Below, one piece after another: positions 58,577-64,000 of a stretch of 64,000 nucleotides of DNA. Made by a program: the position numbers and the translations under genes. The stretch lies in contig OZ245843.1 in assembly GCA_965228875.1 (NCBI GenBank), forward strand, positions 2,338,616 to 2,402,615. The letters are read 5' to 3'. The notes beneath the pieces are model-generated. The model did no database searches. It had not been told where the DNA came from and saw only the letters and a list, made by a program, of their open reading frames with translations. Within the stretch, counting starts at the first letter, position 1; every line of letters begins with the position of its first letter. This DNA comes from Thalassobaculaceae bacterium. Its GTDB lineage: Bacteria > Pseudomonadota > Alphaproteobacteria > Thalassobaculales > Thalassobaculaceae.

Positions 58577-59557
58577 ATGCCGCCACCCTCCGACAGCCCT
58601 CAAAGTGCCGCCTGGCGTCTGCCGTCGGCGGTCGCCAAGCCGCTCGACCGCTTCCGTATCTGGTGGGAGGGGTTGTCCGGCAACGTGCGGGGGTCGATCT
58701 GGCTGTTCGCCGCCGCCCTGGTGTTCGCGGTCATGGGCGCGCTGATCAAGTTCGTCGGACAGCGCCTGCCCGTGGTGGAGATCCTGTTCCTGCGCCAGAT
58801 GTTCGTGATCGTGGTGGTCTCGCCGGCGATCGTGAAGGGCTTCCCGGCGGTGTTCCGGACCGAGCGGCTGCCGCTGCACCTGCTGCGCGTCGGGCTCTCG
58901 GCCGTGGCGATGACCACCGGCTTCACCGCCCTCGTCCATCTGCCCCTGGCCGAGGCGACGGCCATCAGTTTCTCGCGCACGTTGTTCACCACCCTGCTCG
59001 CGGTGATCATCCTGCACGAGCTCGTCGGCTGGCGCCGGTGGTCGGCGACGGTGGTCGGTTTTCTCGGCGTGGTGATCGTCGCCCGGCCGTCGCCGGAGGG
59101 ATTGAACGAGTACGCCCTGCTCGCCCTGCTGTCGGCGTTCTTCGTGGCGATGATCATGATCTGCCTGCGTATGCTGGCGCGCACCGAGCGGCCGTCGACG
59201 ATCATCGCCTACCAGTCCGTCTGCCTCTCCGCGATCCTCGCCGGCCCGGCCTGGTACTTCTGGGTGTGGCCGAGCTGGCAGGATCTGGCCCTCACGGCCG
59301 TGATCGGCGGGGTGATGTCTCTCGCCCAGTTCACCAACATCAAGGCCTATGCCAACGGCGAAGCGGCGGCGATCGCGCCGGTCGAGTACGTCCGCCTGCT
59401 GGCCTCCGCGGTGCTCGGCTTCATGGTGTTCAGCGAAGTGCCGACCATCTACACGGTCCTCGGCGCCGTGTTCATCATCGCCTCGACGCTGTACACCGTG
59501 CGTCGCAACGCGATGAAGCGAACGCCGGCACCGACCCCGCCGGCCATCGACCCCTGA
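58577..59557 (+). CDS. DMT/EamA family transporter
   Basis: Ten TM helices in two EamA repeats, E.VGWRRW, P.EY. Confidence 0.9.
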   Translation: MPPPSDSPQSAAWRLPSAVAKPLDRFRIWWEGLSGNVRGSIWLFAAALVFAVMGALIKFVGQRLPVVEILFLRQMFVIVVVSPAIVKGFPAVFRTERLPLHLLRVGLSAVAMTTGFTALVHLPLAEATAISFSRTLFTTLLAVIILHELVGWRRWSATVVGFLGVVIVARPSPEGLNEYALLALLSAFFVAMIMICLRMLARTERPSTIIAYQSVCLSAILAGPAWYFWVWPSWQDLALTAVIGGVMSLAQFTNIKAYANGEAAAIAPVEYVRLLASAVLGFMVFSEVPTIYTVLGAVFIIASTLYTVRRNAMKRTPAPTPPAIDP

Positions 59558-59581
59558 GTTACGTCCCGAGCTCCGGCGCGC

Positions 59582-60916
59582 TCACGCTTCCTCGAGAAAC
59601 AGGCGCGCGACGGCGCCGCGATCGCCCTTGCCCGTTGCCCCGACCGGCAGCGCGGAAACGACCTTGAGCCGCGCCGGCACCTTGTAGCGTTCCAGCCGCT
59701 CGCCGGCCCAGGCGAGGATCCGCTCCGGATCGGCGTCGCATCCCGGCACCAGCGTCGCCACGGCGATCACCGCTTCCCCTGTCGCAGGGTCCGGAACGCC
59801 GGCGACCAGGGCGCCCGCCACCGCGGGATGCGCCGTCAGCACCGCCTCCACCTCCAGCGGCGCCACCTTCATGCCGCCCCGGTTGATCAGGTCCTTGGCC
59901 CGGCCGACCAGCGCGATCCGGCCGTCGGCGCGGGCCTGGGCGAGGTCGCCGGTGCGGAAATAGCCGTCGCCGTCGAACGCCTGCGCCGTGCGCTCCGGCT
60001 CCCGCAGGTAGCCGATCATCCGATAGGGGCTGCGGATCCGCAGTTCCCCGTCATCGGCGATCTTCACTTCGATGTCCCGCCCCGGCCGACCGAGCGATCC
60101 GGCGGCCGCGTCGTACACTTCCGGGTCGACGAAGAAGTCGCTGGTCCCGGTCTCCGTCAGGCCGTAGATGTCGCCGATCCCGGTCCGGGGCCAGGCGGCG
60201 CGGATCTTCTCCCCCAGGCCCGCCGGCAGCACCTCGCCGCCCGCCATGACAAGGCCGTCCCAGGTCGGCAACGCCGCCGTCTCGGGCCGCTCGAGCAACC
60301 CGCGCAGCAGGGTCGGCACCGCCGGCAGCCGGTCGACATCGCCGCGCGCCAGCACGCGGGCCACCTCCGGGACCGACAGGCGTTCCGGAAACACCAGGGT
60401 CCCGCCGGACAGCAGCGTCAGCCAGGTCACCCACTGGCCGAAGCTGAAGGTGAGTTGCAGCGCCAGGAGGGTGCGTTGGCCGTCCCGCCAACCGGTCTCG
60501 CGGCGGATCATCTCCAGCTTCGCCGCCTGGCGCCGGGCCGACAGGACGGCGGCCTTGGGCGCACCGGTCGTGCCCGAGGTGAAGACGATGGTCGACGCGC
60601 CGTCGAGCATCGGGTCGGCCGTCAGGCGGGCCAGAAGCGCTTCGACCCGGGGGCGGGGCGTCGCCCGATGAATCGGCACCGCCACCCCGCCGGCCCTGTA
60701 CGTGCCGAGCAGTTCGATGAGATCGCCCGGGCTGTTGTCGACGAAGACCGGATGGGGCCGGAAGCCGCCGATCCCCTGCTCGGCCAGTTCCATCGCCCGC
60801 ATCTCCGCCCGACGGTGAAGTTCCGCGTGGCTCATGGCCGTTCCCGCGATCTCGATCGCCGGGGCCGCGCCGTGGCGTGCCATGGCCGCGAACAGACTGT
60901 CGGCGAGGTCCGTCAT
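59582..60916 (-). CDS. Class I adenylate-forming enzyme (acyl-CoA ligase, compact MenE-like)
   Basis: FTSGTTGAPK, GGE, YGLTE, FRTGD, GRAKDLINRGG, GKGDR. Confidence 0.9.
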   Translation of the reverse strand: MTDLADSLFAAMARHGAAPAIEIAGTAMSHAELHRRAEMRAMELAEQGIGGFRPHPVFVDNSPGDLIELLGTYRAGGVAVPIHRATPRPRVEALLARLTADPMLDGASTIVFTSGTTGAPKAAVLSARRQAAKLEMIRRETGWRDGQRTLLALQLTFSFGQWVTWLTLLSGGTLVFPERLSVPEVARVLARGDVDRLPAVPTLLRGLLERPETAALPTWDGLVMAGGEVLPAGLGEKIRAAWPRTGIGDIYGLTETGTSDFFVDPEVYDAAAGSLGRPGRDIEVKIADDGELRIRSPYRMIGYLREPERTAQAFDGDGYFRTGDLAQARADGRIALVGRAKDLINRGGMKVAPLEVEAVLTAHPAVAGALVAGVPDPATGEAVIAVATLVPGCDADPERILAWAGERLERYKVPARLKVVSALPVGATGKGDRGAVARLFLEEA

Positions 60917-61007
60917 CGGGCGGCGGGTCTCGCCAGGGGAAGACAGTGCGGGGCTGCGGTCATACCCTTATCCTCCCCCGCTCCCGCGCAACGGACAAGA
61001 CATCGCC

Positions 61008-61829
61008 ATGACCGAGACCGTGCTCTACGAACGCCGGGGCCAGGTGGCCCTGATAACCCTCAACCGCCCCGAGCGGCTGAACGCCATGGACCAGCCGATG
61101 CTGTCGGCCCTGGAGGCCGCCTGCGACCGGGCCGAGGCGGATGGCGAGGTCGGGGCGGTCGTGGTCACCGGCGCCGGCAAGGCGTTCTCGTCCGGTTTCG
61201 ACCTTCAGGCCCAGGCGGCGAAGACGCCGAAGGGCGTGGCCGAGTGGCGCCCGGTGCTGCGCCGCGACTTCGATGCCGCCATGCGGTTCTGGCACATGAG
61301 CAAGCCGACCGTCGCCGCCGTTCACGGCCCCGCCCTGGCCGGCGCCTGCGAACTGACCATGGCCTGCGACGTCACCGTCGCCGCCGAGGATGCGATCTTC
61401 GGCGAACCGGAGCTGAAATTCGGTGCCGGCATTGTCGTGATGATCCTACCGTGGATCGTCGGCCCGAAACGGGCCAAGGAAATCATCCTGCTCGGCCTCG
61501 ACAACGTCACCGCCACCGAGGCACGGGAGATGGGGCTGGTGAACCGAGTCGTCCCGACCGGCCGCGACGTGGAAACCGCGTTGACCCTGGCCCGGCGCAT
61601 GGCCGCCATGGATCGCCCGCTGGTGCGCGAGACCAAGCGGGCCATCAACCGGACCTACGAGCTTATGGGCATGGGCTCCGCCCTCGAGTCCGCCCTCGAG
61701 GTCGACATGCTGATCGAGGGCGAGGGCATGGAGACCAAGCATCGGTTCCTGGAGATCGCCCGCACAGACGGCCTGCGCGCCGCCCTGAAATGGCGCGAGG
61801 ATCGGGCCGCGGAGGCCGAACGGGAGTAG
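61008..61829 (+). CDS. Enoyl-CoA hydratase/isomerase family
   Basis: TLNRPERLNA, FSSGFDL, AGACEL, GEPELKFG (both Glu present). Confidence 0.9.
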   Translation: MTETVLYERRGQVALITLNRPERLNAMDQPMLSALEAACDRAEADGEVGAVVVTGAGKAFSSGFDLQAQAAKTPKGVAEWRPVLRRDFDAAMRFWHMSKPTVAAVHGPALAGACELTMACDVTVAAEDAIFGEPELKFGAGIVVMILPWIVGPKRAKEIILLGLDNVTATEAREMGLVNRVVPTGRDVETALTLARRMAAMDRPLVRETKRAINRTYELMGMGSALESALEVDMLIEGEGMETKHRFLEIARTDGLRAALKWREDRAAEAERE

Positions 61830-61934
61830 ACGTCCCGGGAATAGACCTGACCGGCGACCCGCCATCGCCTATCCTGCGCCCAAGGAGAGCAGGACATCTC
61901 CGGGGGAGACGACAAGAGCGGGTGCCACCAGGCG

Positions 61935-64000
61935 ATGAGCGACAGCGACCCGGACCGACCGTCGGACGCCGCCGACGAGATAGCGGAGCTGCGCCGCCGT
62001 CTCGCCCTGGCCGAAGCGCGCGCCGAGTCGACAGACCGGCTGCTGCGGACGGTGCTGGATAACATGGGCAACGGCCTGGTCGTCTTCGACGCCGACGAAC
62101 GTCTCGTCGTGGCCAACCGCCGGTTCGCCGAGATGTACGGGTTCGAGGCCGACGACCTCCGTACCGGCACCCCCCGCGCCGAGATGGTCCGGCGGGGCAC
62201 CGGGCGGACCTGGCCGGGCGATGCGCGCGACGCCGCCGAGTTCTTCGCGGGCAACACCACCGGCGAGATCGGACTGCCATCGGGATCGGTCTATCAGCGT
62301 GAGATCGTGCCGACGGCGGACGGCGGCTGCGTCATCACCCATACCGACGTGACCGAACGCAAGCGGACCGAGGACGAACTGCGCGAACAGCAGGAGATCC
62401 TGCAGGACGTATTCGACAACGTCGCCCAGGGGCTCGCTGCCTACGACGAGAATGCCCGCGTCATCACCTGGAACCGCAAGTACCAGGAGTACCTGATCCT
62501 GGCGGACGACCAGATCTACCGGGGCTGTCCCGTCTGGGACCTGGTGATGCTGCACGCCGCGCGGGGCACCTATGGTGGCGGCAGCCGGGAGGATCTGGAA
62601 GCGCAGGTGCAGATGCGCATCGACCGCCTGATGAGCGGCGGGATCGTGCGCTTCGACTACGTGAACGCCCGCGGCATAGAGATGGAGGCGGTCTCCGCCC
62701 CCCGGCCGCAGGGCGGATTCGTGGTCACCTACGCCGACATCACCGACCGCAAGCGCGCCGAGGCGGAGATCATCCGCGCCCGCGACGAGGCCGAGGCGGC
62801 GAACCGGGCGAAATCCAGCTTCCTCGCCGCCATGAGCCACGAGATCCGGACGCCGATGAACGGCGTTCTGGGCCTGATCGAAGTGCTGCAGCACTCCGAA
62901 CTGACGCCGGATCAGACGGTGTTGGCGGAGACCGTCCACGAGTCGGCCACGGCCCTGCTGCGGATCATCGATGACATCCTCGACTTCTCCAAGATCGAGG
63001 CCGGACGCATGGAGCTGGAAGCGGTACCGCTGTCGCTGCGCCGAACGATCGAGTCGGCGCTCGACACGGTCGCAGCCGTGGCCGACGCCAAAGGCCTGGA
63101 CCTGACCCTCGACATGCCGCCCGATCTTCCGGACAGCGTGATCGGCGATCCCGTGCGGTTGCGGCAGATCCTGCTGAACCTGCTCGGCAACGGGCTCAAG
63201 TTCACCGAGAGCGGCGGCGTGTCGGTCGCGGTCGAGCGGCCGGCGGAACCCGAGGGCGACGGCCGGATTCCCATCCGGATCTCGGTCACTGACACGGGGA
63301 TCGGCATTCCGGGCGACGTGCAGGCGATCCTGTTCGAACCGTTCAGTCAGGCGGAGTCGACCACCACCCGGCGCTTCGGCGGCACCGGACTCGGCCTGTC
63401 GATCAGCCGGCGCCTGGTCGAGTTGATGGACGGACGCATCGCAGTCGACAGCCGGGAGGGGGCGGGGTCGACCTTCCACTTCGTGTTGCCCGTCGCCGCC
63501 GCGCCGGCCGCGGAGACGGGAGCCCAGGAAACCGTGGACCTGGCGGGCGTGGCGGCGGTGGTCGTCAGCGACCGGCCCGCCCTTGTCGAGAGCGTCCGCC
63601 GGGAGATCCGCCGACATGGCGCCACGGCGGATGCGGCATCCGGTGGCGACGCCCTCGCCCGCATCCTGGAGCGGATGGGGCCGGCGGCGGTGTTCCTGGT
63701 CGATGATCGGCTGCCGGCAGAGAACGTTCCCGGCCTGCTGACACTGCTGGAGGAGCGCCCTGCCGTCCTGCTTCGCGGAACCGCCTCGACCACCCTCTCC
63801 GCCGAAGCGCTCGGCCGGTTCCGGGCGACGGTGAACCGTCCGATCCACCGGGGCCCCCTCCTGCGCGCGATCGCCGCCGCCCTCGGCCGGACGTCGGTCG
63901 GCGATCCGGCGGATGACGCGAAGGCGTCGGTCCAGCCGGTCGAACAGGCGGCGGGCGCCGACGGCCCAAGGATCCTGGTCGCCGAGGATACGCCGATCAA
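61935..64000 (+). CDS. PAS-PAS hybrid histidine kinase, 3'-truncated by the window (absent from the ORF track)
   Basis: Manual translation from ATG 61935: [47 protein letters not shown], degenerate REC, second REC beginning ILVAED. Confidence 0.92.
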   Translation, partial: MSDSDPDRPSDAADEIAELRRRLALAEARAESTDRLLRTVLDNMGNGLVVFDADERLVVANRRFAEMYGFEADDLRTGTPRAEMVRRGTGRTWPGDARDAAEFFAGNTTGEIGLPSGSVYQREIVPTADGGCVITHTDVTERKRTEDELREQQEILQDVFDNVAQGLAAYDENARVITWNRKYQEYLILADDQIYRGCPVWDLVMLHAARGTYGGGSREDLEAQVQMRIDRLMSGGIVRFDYVNARGIEMEAVSAPRPQGGFVVTYADITDRKRAEAEIIRARDEAEAANRAKSSFLAAMSHEIRTPMNGVLGLIEVLQHSELTPDQTVLAETVHESATALLRIIDDILDFSKIEAGRMELEAVPLSLRRTIESALDTVAAVADAKGLDLTLDMPPDLPDSVIGDPVRLRQILLNLLGNGLKFTESGGVSVAVERPAEPEGDGRIPIRISVTDTGIGIPGDVQAILFEPFSQAESTTTRRFGGTGLGLSISRRLVELMDGRIAVDSREGAGSTFHFVLPVAAAPAAETGAQETVDLAGVAAVVVSDRPALVESVRREIRRHGATADAASGGDALARILERMGPAAVFLVDDRLPAENVPGLLTLLEERPAVLLRGTASTTLSAEALGRFRATVNRPIHRGPLLRAIAAALGRTSVGDPADDAKASVQPVEQAAGADGPRILVAEDTPI

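Overview
This is a 64-kb, very GC-rich chromosomal segment, gene-dense with about 57 CDS. The gene content (TTT transporter, PhoX, AsmA, PAS hybrid kinases, a CtrA-like box) fits an alphaproteobacterium, probably Rhodospirillales-like; that assignment is inference. It holds an RND pump, pncA, a minimal arsR-acr3 operon, two hybrid histidine kinases, two PilZ proteins, a tripartite tricarboxylate transporter with two binding proteins plus a DUF1611/DgcN gene, phoX, and many catabolic paralogs. I saw no rRNA, tRNA, CRISPR array, integrase or transposase. The most notable items are: (1) a divergent ThDP-enzyme locus, with an orphan motif-altered SucA-like E1, a cytoplasmic Mo-bisPGD S/N-oxide reductase, an SDR and a PLP dehydratase opposite a ComDE-like decarboxylase, around a perfect 7-2-7 palindrome; (2) three copies of a roughly 115-bp bipartite palindromic intergenic element, two of which overlap host stop codons; (3) a CtrA-like box with five clustered GANTC sites and paired operators around uncharacterised genes; (4) several short tandem duplications, one of which could fuse a PilZ gene to a DUF350 gene in frame. 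All calls come from motif recognition by eye; no database searches were run.
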